Assembly (NCBI GenBank): GCA_050951605.1
Contig: JBMNJJ010000009.1
Span: 66,361 to 130,360, forward strand
Direction of reading: 5' to 3'
Origin: Peptococcia bacterium
GTDB lineage: Bacteria; Bacillota; Peptococcia; DRI-13; DTU073
DNA: 64,000 nt
Position 1 is the stretch's first letter, and every line of letters starts with the position of its first letter. The notes under the pieces are model-generated. The model was not told the DNA's origin. It did not search any database and saw only the letters and a list, made by a program, of their open reading frames with translations. Positions 56,463 to 64,000 of the stretch are shown here, piece by piece. The translations under genes were made by a program, and so were the position numbers.

Positions 56463-56867
56463 ATGGCCAGACCACCTAAACTGCGCAGAGTAGAATTTAA
56501 GCCTGAGTTTACTTATTTTAAGCCTGCGGGGATCCCTAAACGTGAGCTGGAAGAAGTTGTCTTACATGTTGAAGAAGTAGAAGCGATACGGCTTAAAGAT
56601 TTGGAAGATTTAGAGCAAGAGGCATGTGCTGAAAGAATGCATATATCGCGACCAACTTTTCAAAGATTATTGGTTAGTGCGCGTAAGAAAATTGCAGAAG
56701 CACTTATTGAAGGAAAAGCCTTACGGGTTGAAGGGGGAAATTATCGTTTAGCCAAGCGTCATTTTCGTTGTGTTACTTGCCAAAAAGAATTAGATGTGCC
56801 CCATGGTCAAGGGCGAGGTTGGGAATTGTCTTGCCCACATTGTGGAGGTTCGGTTCGTAGAATTTAA
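56463..56867 (+). CDS. DUF134 (UPF0251) putative DNA-binding protein with C-terminal zinc ribbon
   Basis: MARPPKLRRVEFKPEFTYFKPAGIP, an HTH-like LEQEACAERMHISRPTFQRLL, and C-terminal CVTCQ...CPHCGG. Confidence 0.8.
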   Translation: MARPPKLRRVEFKPEFTYFKPAGIPKRELEEVVLHVEEVEAIRLKDLEDLEQEACAERMHISRPTFQRLLVSARKKIAEALIEGKALRVEGGNYRLAKRHFRCVTCQKELDVPHGQGRGWELSCPHCGGSVRRI

Positions 56868-56889
56868 TTAAGAAATTTAAAAGGATAAC

Positions 56890-56924
56890 AAAAGCTGTCA
56901 ACTCATCACGAGCTGACAGCTTTT
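56890..56924. terminator. Bidirectional terminator
   Basis: aaaagctgtca / tgacagctttt 11-bp stem between convergent genes. Confidence 0.85.
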
Positions 56925-56940
56925 ATTGTCTTTGTTTTAA

Positions 56941-57279
56941 TTAATGGTCACAGACATTATCGCCTGTTTGTAAAGTGCCCTGAAGGTAGCGGTGGACAAT
57001 ATTTTCCGGACTATCAATGGGAGCACCTGTAATTACTTTGATTCCTTGTTCTTGGAAAAGGTTTTGTGCCCGTCCGCCCATACCTCCGGCAATAACGAGG
57101 TCGACATCTTGCTTTTTAATCCAGGTGGGTAAAATTCCTGGTTCATGAGGAGGTGGGGTAAGCAGCTCTTTCTTTATTATTTTTTTTTCCACCTCATCAA
57201 CTTCAAGGAAAGCGAAAGTTTCACAGTGACCGAAATGCATACTTAATTGATTCTCGGCAAGTGGTAAAGCAATTTTCAT
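56941..57279 (-). CDS. NifB/NifX-family (dinitrogenase FeMo-cofactor biosynthesis domain) protein
   Basis: 112 aa; MKIALPLAEN...HFGHCETFAF...VIAGGMGGRA. Confidence 0.8.
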   Translation of the reverse strand: MKIALPLAENQLSMHFGHCETFAFLEVDEVEKKIIKKELLTPPPHEPGILPTWIKKQDVDLVIAGGMGGRAQNLFQEQGIKVITGAPIDSPENIVHRYLQGTLQTGDNVCDH

Positions 57280-57315
57280 TTTTTCCTTCCTCCTTGTGTT
57301 TAAATTTTAATGAGT

Positions 57316-58182
57316 TCATATTTTAAGGTATTCTTTTAGTTTTTGTGCCATCATTTTAATTTCTTGAGCGACTAGACTTTGAGGATTAAACTCAATAATA
57401 TTTTGCCCAGCAATTTGGGCTTTAGTAATTTCTTCATCATAGGGGATTTGCCCAATGATTTTTATGCCTAATTCAGTACAGTGGTCAATTGTTTCTTTAA
57501 CTTGACGTGGGTTTAAATCTGCCTTATTGATACAGACAAAAGTTTGAACTTGAAAATGTTGCGCTAGTTGGATAACTCTTTCTAAGTCATGAAGTCCGGA
57601 AAGAGTAGGTTCGGTGATAATTAAGACAGACTTTGCTCCGGCAAGAGAAGCGATAACCGGACAGCCAATCCCGGGTGGACCATCGATGAGAATGAGAGGT
57701 AAATTTTCTTTTTGTGCTTTTTGTCGCGCTCTATTTCTTACTTCAGCCACTAATTTCCCTGAGTTTTCTTCACCTGTACCTAAACGGGCATGAATCATCG
57801 GTCCACATGAGGTGGTAGAGACAAAGAGATAACCGGCCATATTTTCCTGCATTTCGATGGCCTTTTGAGGACAGAAATAAGCGCAGACACCACAACCTTC
57901 ACAGGAAATTTTATCGATAATAAAGTTTTCTTGTATAGCTTTAAAGCGGCATAAGTCAAGACATTGTCCACATTCTATACATTTTTCCGGATGTAAAAAA
58001 GCAGTTTTGCCACTCCAAAACTCTTTTTTTTCTAAGATAGTAGGGTGTAAAAGTAAGTGCAGGTCAGCTGCATCGACATCACAATCAGCTAAAACTTTAT
58101 CTTGAAATATTTGCGCCAGCGAGGCGACAATACTTGTTTTACCAGTACCTCCTTTACCACTGAGGACAATTAGTTCTTGCAT
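57316..58182 (-). CDS. MinD/ParA-type P-loop ATPase with inserted 2x[4Fe-4S] ferredoxin domain (COG1149-like)
   Basis: LSGKGGTGKTS, with CIECGQCLDLC and CEGCGVCAYFCP. Start moved to ATG 58182, behind AGGAGGTG. Confidence 0.85.
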   Translation of the reverse strand: MQELIVLSGKGGTGKTSIVASLAQIFQDKVLADCDVDAADLHLLLHPTILEKKEFWSGKTAFLHPEKCIECGQCLDLCRFKAIQENFIIDKISCEGCGVCAYFCPQKAIEMQENMAGYLFVSTTSCGPMIHARLGTGEENSGKLVAEVRNRARQKAQKENLPLILIDGPPGIGCPVIASLAGAKSVLIITEPTLSGLHDLERVIQLAQHFQVQTFVCINKADLNPRQVKETIDHCTELGIKIIGQIPYDEEITKAQIAGQNIIEFNPQSLVAQEIKMMAQKLKEYLKI

Positions 58183-59030
58183 GAGGAAATCACCTCCTGA
58201 ATGTAGGACCAAAGTGGAGCAAAGTTTTTTTCATATTGCGGGAATTTTTTTAGAAGTAATTCCCCTTCAGAATAGGCGATGGCAATATTTCGTTCATGAG
58301 GGATTTCCAAGATGATCGGAATATTTTCTCGGGCACAGTAATCTTTTAAAGCGGAGTTGCCAAGTGTAGAACGATTGATGCCTACAGCAAAAGGAATTTT
58401 TAAGTCCCTTACTACTTCGACAGCTAATTTTAAATCATGGAGACCAAAGGGGGTAGGTTCTGTAATTAAAAGAACGAAGTCACTTCCTTTTAGAGCTTCA
58501 ATTACCGGGCAGGAAGTACCGGGAGGGCAATCGACAATAATTAAATCTTCTTGTGTGGCTTGTTCTTTTACTTTTCTAATTAAGGGTGGGGACATGGGTT
58601 CTCCAATTTTTAAATATCCGTGGATAATTTGTAAATTGTCTTGTGCCCCAATTTTAATTTCACCCAGTTCTTTTTCGACCTCTATAATGGCTTTAGTAGG
58701 GCAAACAAGAGTACAACCGCCACAACTGTGGCAGAGTTCAGGAAAAACCAGGACGTTATCTTTAAGGCAAGAAATCGCCCCGAATTGACAGAGGTCGCTA
58801 CACTTGCCACAATAGGTACATTGCTCTAAGTTAATTGAGGGAATTTTGGCAGTTGCTTTTTGGGATGAATGCCAAGTAGGCTTAAGAAACAAATGACAAT
58901 TAGGTTCTTCTACATCACAGTCAAGTAAAACTATTTTCTTTTTCATTTGTTTTTGCCAAAAATAAGCAAGATTAGTAGCAATAGTTGTTTTACCCGTACC
59001 GCCTTTTCCGCTGGCAATAGCTATTTGCAT
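58170..59030 (-). CDS. MinD/ParA-type P-loop ATPase with inserted ferredoxin domain (paralog)
   Basis: ASGKGGTGKTT, with CTYCGKCSDLC and CHSCGGCTLVCP; overlaps the downstream paralog by 13 nt. Confidence 0.85.
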   Translation of the reverse strand: MQIAIASGKGGTGKTTIATNLAYFWQKQMKKKIVLLDCDVEEPNCHLFLKPTWHSSQKATAKIPSINLEQCTYCGKCSDLCQFGAISCLKDNVLVFPELCHSCGGCTLVCPTKAIIEVEKELGEIKIGAQDNLQIIHGYLKIGEPMSPPLIRKVKEQATQEDLIIVDCPPGTSCPVIEALKGSDFVLLITEPTPFGLHDLKLAVEVVRDLKIPFAVGINRSTLGNSALKDYCARENIPIILEIPHERNIAIAYSEGELLLKKFPQYEKNFAPLWSYIQEVISSCKN

Positions 59031-59082
59031 TAAAATAACACCTCCACAATGTTTAGTAATAGGCTAGTCCGTTTTTTGCTGC

Positions 59083-59445
59083 TTAGAGCCAATGACCTTC
59101 GACATTGCTATCCTGAGCTTCTGGTAATAATCCCTTTTTATATTGTTCCAGGGCTTCGCGTACAGTAATGCCTGTCGCTAGATAAACTTTTATCTTACCG
59201 GCATTTAGTGTACGAAAAGCTTTTGGACCAACATTTCCTGTGATGACTACATCTGCTTTGGCATTAATGATGTTTTGGGCAGTTTGGATACCGGCTCCTT
59301 GTGGAGCAGTACGATTTTGTTTGTTGTCAAATAAACTATAGGTGTTTTTTTCAAGGTCATAAAGAAGAAATTGGCTAGTGCGACCGAAACGTTCATCAAT
59401 CAGGCTATCTAAACTTTCACCGGTAGTACTGACGGCAATTTTCAT
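59083..59445 (-). CDS. NifB/NifX-family (FeMo-cofactor biosynthesis domain) protein
   Basis: 120 aa; MKIAVSTTGE...RFGRTSQFLLYD...VITGNVGPKA. Confidence 0.8.
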   Translation of the reverse strand: MKIAVSTTGESLDSLIDERFGRTSQFLLYDLEKNTYSLFDNKQNRTAPQGAGIQTAQNIINAKADVVITGNVGPKAFRTLNAGKIKVYLATGITVREALEQYKKGLLPEAQDSNVEGHWL

Positions 59446-59489
59446 TTTAAAATTCCTCCTTTCTAGAACAATTAAATTATAAATATAGT

Positions 59490-59560
59490 GAGCATATGAC
59501 CAAAAATGTTATTGACATATGTTCAGAAATAATATATCATAATAATGGGCATATGTCCAT
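59490..59560. promoter_or_regulatory. Divergent promoter region with three CATATG-core sites
   Basis: GAGCATATGACC (59490-501), TTGACATATGTTC (59512-24, overlapping a plus-strand -35) and the near-palindrome ATGGGCATATGTCCAT (59545-60). On the minus strand, TTGGTC-16-TATAAT overlaps the first site. Confidence 0.55.
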
Positions 59561-59596
59561 AAGGAATAAAAAAATTTAGGAAAGGGGTTGTTGTCA

Positions 59597-59911
59597 ATGC
59601 CAGGTTTTGATGGTACCGGTCCATTAGGTCAAGGTCCGAGAACAGGGAGAGGTTTAGGGTATTGTACTCCGGGGTTGGGTTTTCGTCGTGGTTATGGACG
59701 CGGTTTTGGTCGTGGTTTAGGAAGAGGACGTGGCTATAGAAGAGGTTTTGGCTATGGTTACGGTGTTCCTCAAAGAGATGTAATTGCGGAAAGGCAATAC
59801 TTGGAGGAAAACGTGCTCTACTTAGAGGATTTGAAAGCAGATATTGAAGATGAATTAGCGGAAATTAAAACAATGCTGCAAGAACAGAAAGCTGCCAAGA
59901 GAAAAGAATAA
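59597..59911 (+). CDS. DUF5320-like protein with Arg/Gly-rich repeat and C-terminal coiled coil
   Basis: MPGFDGTGPLGQGPRTGRGLGYC N-terminus, GFRRGYGRGFGRGLGRGRGYRRGFGYGYG, and an acidic coiled coil. ATG at 59597. Confidence 0.7.
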   Translation: MPGFDGTGPLGQGPRTGRGLGYCTPGLGFRRGYGRGFGRGLGRGRGYRRGFGYGYGVPQRDVIAERQYLEENVLYLEDLKADIEDELAEIKTMLQEQKAAKRKE

Positions 59912-59925
59912 TGATTTCTAAGCAG

Positions 59926-59972
59926 AAAGGACTGTTTCATAATTAGAGTGATTATGAGACAGTCCTTTTTTT
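59926..59972. terminator. Bidirectional terminator
   Basis: aaaggactgtttcataat / attatgagacagtccttt 18-nt arms (one G-U pair) followed by a T-run. Confidence 0.85.
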
Positions 59973-60022
59973 ATCTAAAAATAAGCAAAGGATTATTTAA
60001 ATTAATCTTATAGAATATCTTT

Positions 60023-61393
60023 TTAATTAGTTTCTTTGATTAAGGATTTTTTCCATCTGCCGGAGCGGTAATAAAGATAATTAAGGAGAAGTCCGATTAA
60101 AGGGCTGGCAGCTATGCCCATCCAAACTCCTTCGATACCTAAAGCAGGCAGACTGGAGAGATAGGAAGCTAAGGGAACTCTGATTAACCATAGAGAAATA
60201 AGGGTAAAGAGCATGGCAACGAAAGTATCACCAGCTCCACGTAATACTCCTCCGAGGGTAAACATTAGAGCCATAGGAATATAGGCAAAACTTAAGTAAT
60301 ACAGGTAGCGGGAACCTGCGGCAATGACATCGGGGTCAGTAGTAAAAGGAAAGAGAAGCAGATGAGGAATAAACATAGCGGCTAAGGAGGCGATAAGGGT
60401 AATACTTGTGGTGAGCAGTGAGCTCCAGTAAACCGATTCTTGAACTCGTTCATTTTGACCTGCTCCTAAATTTTGGGCGACAAGAGAGGAAACGGCCATA
60501 CCCAGACTCATCGCCGGCATAAAAGCGAATTGGTCAATAGTGGCTCCGGCTCCAAAGCCGGCAACAATAGTACTGCCAAAACGGTTGACTAAAGAACTAA
60601 CAACAAGAGAACTTAGGGAGATAAAGACGTGTTGGAGTCCGGCAGGCAGACCGATTTTAAAGATTAATTTGATAATTGATAAGTCCCAGATCCAAAAATT
60701 CTTTTTGAAGTCAACGAGTCGGGAAGTAAAAAAGAGATATCTTAAGGAAATTAAAGCGGAAATAGCTTGAGCAATAACTGTAGCTAGAGCAGCACCGTTA
60801 GTTTCTAATCTAGGGAAGGGTCCTAGACCAAAGATCAGAAAAGGGTCTAGCAGGAGATTAAAAAAGGTAGCATAAAAAAGGAATTTTAACGGTGTTCGAG
60901 AATCACCTAAACCTCTTAAAATAGCACTAGTGCCATTATAGAGGAACATTCCGAGTAGTCCACTACTGAATATTTTTAAGTAAGAAGAAGCCATTTCGAG
61001 GATATCAGCAGGTACATTAATAAAGAGGAGGATTTGGCGACTAAAAAAGATCCCTAAGAGAGAAACCAGTCCGCCACAGATAATGAGTAAAAACATAGAA
61101 TTACTAATGGTTTTGCTGACCATGTCATTTTTTTTGGCCCCGTAATATTGCCCTACGAGAGTTGTTGTGCCCATTGTAATTCCCATTACAAGAGCAATTA
61201 AGACGAAAATAACAGGAAAACTTACGGAAATAGCGGCAAAAGCTTGATGCCCTAAAAATCTTCCGACCCAGATGCTGTCTACAATATTATAAAGAGCTTG
61301 TAAGACATTGCCTAAGAACATAGGAATAGCGAAGGTGATTAAATGGCGAGGAATACTTCCGGTAGTAAAGTCTGTTGTTTTTTTATTTGGCAT
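60023..61393 (-). CDS. MATE family efflux transporter
   Basis: 456 aa, 12 predicted TM helices, IPMFLGNVLQALYNIVDSIWVG N-terminal signature. Confidence 0.88.
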   Translation of the reverse strand: MPNKKTTDFTTGSIPRHLITFAIPMFLGNVLQALYNIVDSIWVGRFLGHQAFAAISVSFPVIFVLIALVMGITMGTTTLVGQYYGAKKNDMVSKTISNSMFLLIICGGLVSLLGIFFSRQILLFINVPADILEMASSYLKIFSSGLLGMFLYNGTSAILRGLGDSRTPLKFLFYATFFNLLLDPFLIFGLGPFPRLETNGAALATVIAQAISALISLRYLFFTSRLVDFKKNFWIWDLSIIKLIFKIGLPAGLQHVFISLSSLVVSSLVNRFGSTIVAGFGAGATIDQFAFMPAMSLGMAVSSLVAQNLGAGQNERVQESVYWSSLLTTSITLIASLAAMFIPHLLLFPFTTDPDVIAAGSRYLYYLSFAYIPMALMFTLGGVLRGAGDTFVAMLFTLISLWLIRVPLASYLSSLPALGIEGVWMGIAASPLIGLLLNYLYYRSGRWKKSLIKETN

Positions 61394-61500
61394 TTTTAAA
61401 TGAACTCCTTAAGTTGAATTTTTTGTGGGATCGAGTGTTAGTGTAAATGTTTTTGTGTTTTTTATAGTTTAACATTTTTGGTCTTGTCAAAGCAAAGAGT

Positions 61501-61534
61501 AATCAATTGACTTTGTTATTCATTATACTATACT
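61501..61534 (+). promoter_or_regulatory. Promoter with overlapping palindrome upstream of the GntR-family gene
   Basis: aaTCAATTGAct contains an 8-bp perfect palindrome overlapping TTGACT (-35, 61507-12); TATACT lies 16 nt downstream. Confidence 0.4.
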
Positions 61535-61574
61535 TTATCTAAGAGAATTTTTAAAAAAGATAGGAGAGGTAAAG

Positions 61575-62255
61575 ATGGTCGGAAGGGAAATTTTGAAAAT
61601 AAAAATAGATAATATTAGACCTTTGGGAGATATTGTTTATGAAGCACTTAGAGATGCAATTATCAATCAAGTTTTGAAACCTGGAGAACGGTTGATGGAA
61701 ACTGAATTGGCTGAAGAAATGGGAGTAAGTCGTACTCCGGTGCGTGAAGCGATGCGTAAATTAGAGCTGGAAGGTTATGTAGTGATGGTCCCACGTAAAG
61801 GTGCTTATGTAGCAGGACTTTCAATTAAGGATATCAATAATCTTTTTGAAATTAGGGGTGCTTTAGAAACGTTGGCGGCAGGGCTTGCTGCTTCCAGAGC
61901 TAGTCGGGAAGAAATTGAGGAAATGGAAAGAAATTTAGTTATGGAAGCTAGTCTTTTTGAAACTAGTGATGTGATCAATACGATTGAAGTAGATGCCAAA
62001 TTTCATGAACTTATTTATAGTGCCTCACGGAATACTCGATTGCAAAATATGATTAAAGACCTACGTGACCAAATTCAGCGGTTTAGGACAACGTCATTAG
62101 CTGTTCCGGGGAGGATGAAGTTTGCTTTGGCTGAGCATCGGAGAATCGTGGAGGCTATTGCAGCTGGGGATGTGGAGGAAGCAAGTAGAGCGACAAAGGA
62201 ACATATTGAAAGTGCGGAAAATGCTTTATTAGACGTAATTAGTTATCAAAAATAA
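61575..62255 (+). CDS. GntR family (FadR/FCD subfamily) transcriptional regulator
   Basis: N-terminal wHTH (LKPGERLMETELAEEMGVSRTPVREAMRKLELEG) plus an all-helical FCD domain. Confidence 0.88.
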   Translation: MVGREILKIKIDNIRPLGDIVYEALRDAIINQVLKPGERLMETELAEEMGVSRTPVREAMRKLELEGYVVMVPRKGAYVAGLSIKDINNLFEIRGALETLAAGLAASRASREEIEEMERNLVMEASLFETSDVINTIEVDAKFHELIYSASRNTRLQNMIKDLRDQIQRFRTTSLAVPGRMKFALAEHRRIVEAIAAGDVEEASRATKEHIESAENALLDVISYQK

Positions 62256-62305
62256 GAAAAGTTCGGAGTTTGGTTAAAAAATAGTACAGGTAAGGAGAGA
62301 GCTTT

Positions 62306-63235
62306 TTGAAAAAAATTGCACAAAGTTTGACAGAGTTAATTGGGAATACTCCTTTATTAGAATTAGAAAATTTTAGTAGGAAAAATAAATTAAAGAGAGA
62401 TCTTGTGGCTAAATTAGAGTATTTTAATCCTGCGGGAAGTGCGAAGGATCGAGTTGGTTATGCCATGATTAAAGATGCCGAGGAGCGGGGGTTAATTAAG
62501 CCTGGTGCGGTGATTATTGAACCAACTAGTGGCAATACGGGGGTTGGTTTGGCGATGGTAGCGGCAGTAAGGGGATATCGACTTATTTTAACTATGCCGG
62601 AGACGATGAGTTTGGAAAGAAGAAAGTTGCTGTCAGCTTTAGGGGCAGAAATAGTGCTCACTCCGGGACGGGAAGGGATGGCGGGAGCAATTCGTCAGGC
62701 AGAGGAATTAGCTCAGCAAATAAAGGGTTCTTTTATTCCCCAACAGTTTAAAAACCTGGCTAATCCGGAGATACATAAAAAAACCACCGGTATGGAAATC
62801 TGGCGGGATACAGAAGGACAGGTAGATATTTTTGTCGCCAGTGTGGGCACAGGTGGCACTCTCACGGGGGTAGGAGAGGCTTTAAAAGCAAAAAATCCAC
62901 AGGTGCAGATTATTGCCGTGGAGCCTTTTGGTTCTCCCGTTCTTTCCGGGGGCAAACCCGGTTCTCATAAAATTCAAGGGATCGGAGCCGGCTTTATACC
63001 GGAAATCTTAAAACGAGAACTAATTGATGAAGTAGTTACAGTGAAGGATGAAGAAGCGTATGCGGTTTGCCGCAGTCTAGCCAGAGAGGAAGGGCTTTTG
63101 GTAGGGGTATCCTCGGGAGCAGCGGTGAGCGGTGCTTTAAAAATAGCCGCAAGACCGGAAAATCAAGATAAGCTAATTGTGACGTTATTGCCTGATACCG
63201 GAGAAAGGTATTTATCTTCCGATTTATTTGTGTAG
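62306..63235 (+). CDS. cysK: Cysteine synthase A (O-acetylserine sulfhydrylase)
   Basis: NPAGSAKDR (PLP Lys), TSGNTG and GVGTGGT motifs; 309 aa. Confidence 0.93.
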   Translation: MKKIAQSLTELIGNTPLLELENFSRKNKLKRDLVAKLEYFNPAGSAKDRVGYAMIKDAEERGLIKPGAVIIEPTSGNTGVGLAMVAAVRGYRLILTMPETMSLERRKLLSALGAEIVLTPGREGMAGAIRQAEELAQQIKGSFIPQQFKNLANPEIHKKTTGMEIWRDTEGQVDIFVASVGTGGTLTGVGEALKAKNPQVQIIAVEPFGSPVLSGGKPGSHKIQGIGAGFIPEILKRELIDEVVTVKDEEAYAVCRSLAREEGLLVGVSSGAAVSGALKIAARPENQDKLIVTLLPDTGERYLSSDLFV

Positions 63236-63364
63236 CTCTTTAGAAAAGGATAAGTTGAGCGTAATTTTAAACTTTTTGCGAAATATGGTGAATTATTTAA
63301 ATTCATGTTATAATTACTGCAAAGTTGGGTAGCGTTGATAAATTTTAAGAAGGAGTGAAGAGAT

Positions 63365-64000
63365 ATGGTGACAAGAGATATGGTGAGATTAGGTGGTAAT
63401 ATAAGACGAGGTGAGATTAAGCAACTGGTAAAGGATATAGATAATTATCTTGAATCTGTCAGGGGGGAAGATTTTTATCTTCTGTATAACAGTGGTTCGG
63501 TAAGAGAAAAAAATTTGAAAAGGGAACAAAAAGCGATAACCGAGTGTTTTGAATCACGTTTTAAAGATGAAATAGATAGGTTGTGTTTTCCGGAAGAAGC
63601 GCAAAGGATAGAAATTGCCCTTGCTTTTAGTTCAAGGTATTGGAATAATTTGATAATGCACCCGAGTATTAGTTATTCGGAAAGTACGAAGGAAGATCTA
63701 AGAACATTAAGAGAAGTTGAAGAGTTTATTGGGAATGAAAAGAGATTAAAACAATTAGATGATTTTGAAGCTCTTTATCAAAGTGGAGATTTTGAAAGGT
63801 ATGCTACAGACCTTCAGCTAAAAAGACAGTCACGTTGGATGGGATATAGTAATCAAAAAGAAAAAAATTATTTTAATATGCATAATTGTGATGCCGAAAA
63901 CACAAGATTATATGAAAAAGAAATGCATTTTGTAAAGGGAAGTGGAAAATATAGTGATTTATTTGCCAGGCGGTTGGAACTTATGGATAAAGTCAGAAGG
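63365..64000 (+). CDS. Hypothetical protein, 3'-truncated by the window edge (not in ORF track)
   Basis: ATG 63365 behind a gaaggag RBS; the frame is open to 64000 (MVTRDMVRLGGNIRRGEIKQLVKDIDNYLES...). No family recognised. Confidence 0.5.
   Translation, partial: MVTRDMVRLGGNIRRGEIKQLVKDIDNYLESVRGEDFYLLYNSGSVREKNLKREQKAITECFESRFKDEIDRLCFPEEAQRIEIALAFSSRYWNNLIMHPSISYSESTKEDLRTLREVEEFIGNEKRLKQLDDFEALYQSGDFERYATDLQLKRQSRWMGYSNQKEKNYFNMHNCDAENTRLYEKEMHFVKGSGKYSDLFARRLELMDKVRR

Noticed and set aside
44712-59943. Two terminators, at 44704..44760 and 59926..59972, share an almost identical 5' arm (a[ag]GGACTGTTTCAT[ca]AT).
   Set aside because: The 3' arms and loops differ, only two copies are seen, and the flanks carry no repeat signatures. 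This is probably chance similarity between AT-rich terminators rather than a mobile or REP-like element.
1-64000. Search for CRISPR arrays, IS elements, integrases, phage genes, tRNA/rRNA genes and recognisable defence systems.
   Set aside because: I saw no direct-repeat/spacer arrays, no transposase or integrase-like ORFs and no tRNA-like cloverleaf candidates. The NYN-domain, ADP-ribosylglycohydrolase and PLD-like genes stand alone, without the partner genes that would suggest a defence island.

Overview
This window is low-GC (about 35-37% by eye) chromosomal DNA from an anaerobic, Clostridia-like Firmicute, judged from strong GGAGG ribosome-binding sites, [FeFe]-hydrogenase maturases, selenium genes and YjcZ-like tiny proteins. 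I saw no rRNA, tRNA, CRISPR array, transposase or integrase.

Housekeeping genes are gdh, thyX, pfkA, nadE, lepB, trmB and cysK. Five accessory modules sit between them:

1. 4.0-6.9 kb: two Fe-S protein genes plus arsC. Two near-identical class-II-type Crp/Fnr promoter boxes lie next to a frameshifted Crp/Fnr regulator.
2. 6.9-9.9 kb: a TM1266-like regulator with hydG and hydE, preceded by a promoter, a ~140-nt leader and an intrinsic terminator (candidate attenuator).
3. 20.9-23.0 kb: a cluster of uncharacterised paralogs, including YjcZ-like tiny membrane proteins missing from the ORF track.
4. 28.3-44.7 kb: a Gat-family PTS cluster behind a near-consensus sigma-54 promoter. It carries its own EI, two HPr copies, a LevR-like activator with unusual domain order, a SorC regulator, a form-IV RuBisCO-like protein, a class II aldolase, a 2-hydroxyacid dehydrogenase and several thiol/sulfur-redox proteins. 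This is my best candidate for an undescribed pathway.
5. 44.9-54.0 kb: a Gram-positive Tad/Flp-type pilus locus with a GC-rich, ~170-nt structured intergenic element just after the pilin gene.

A sixth block at 55.5-59.9 kb holds Mrp/NBP35, DUF134, NifX-like, MinD-ferredoxin and DUF5320 genes. All three of its promoters carry a CATATG-core site.

At least seven coding regions are broken by single-base frameshifts, mostly in T homopolymers. These are either sequencing errors or real gene decay. An hsp20 gene is fused to the tail of a histidine kinase gene, which looks like a deletion scar.

All family assignments come from motif recognition by eye. No database search was run.
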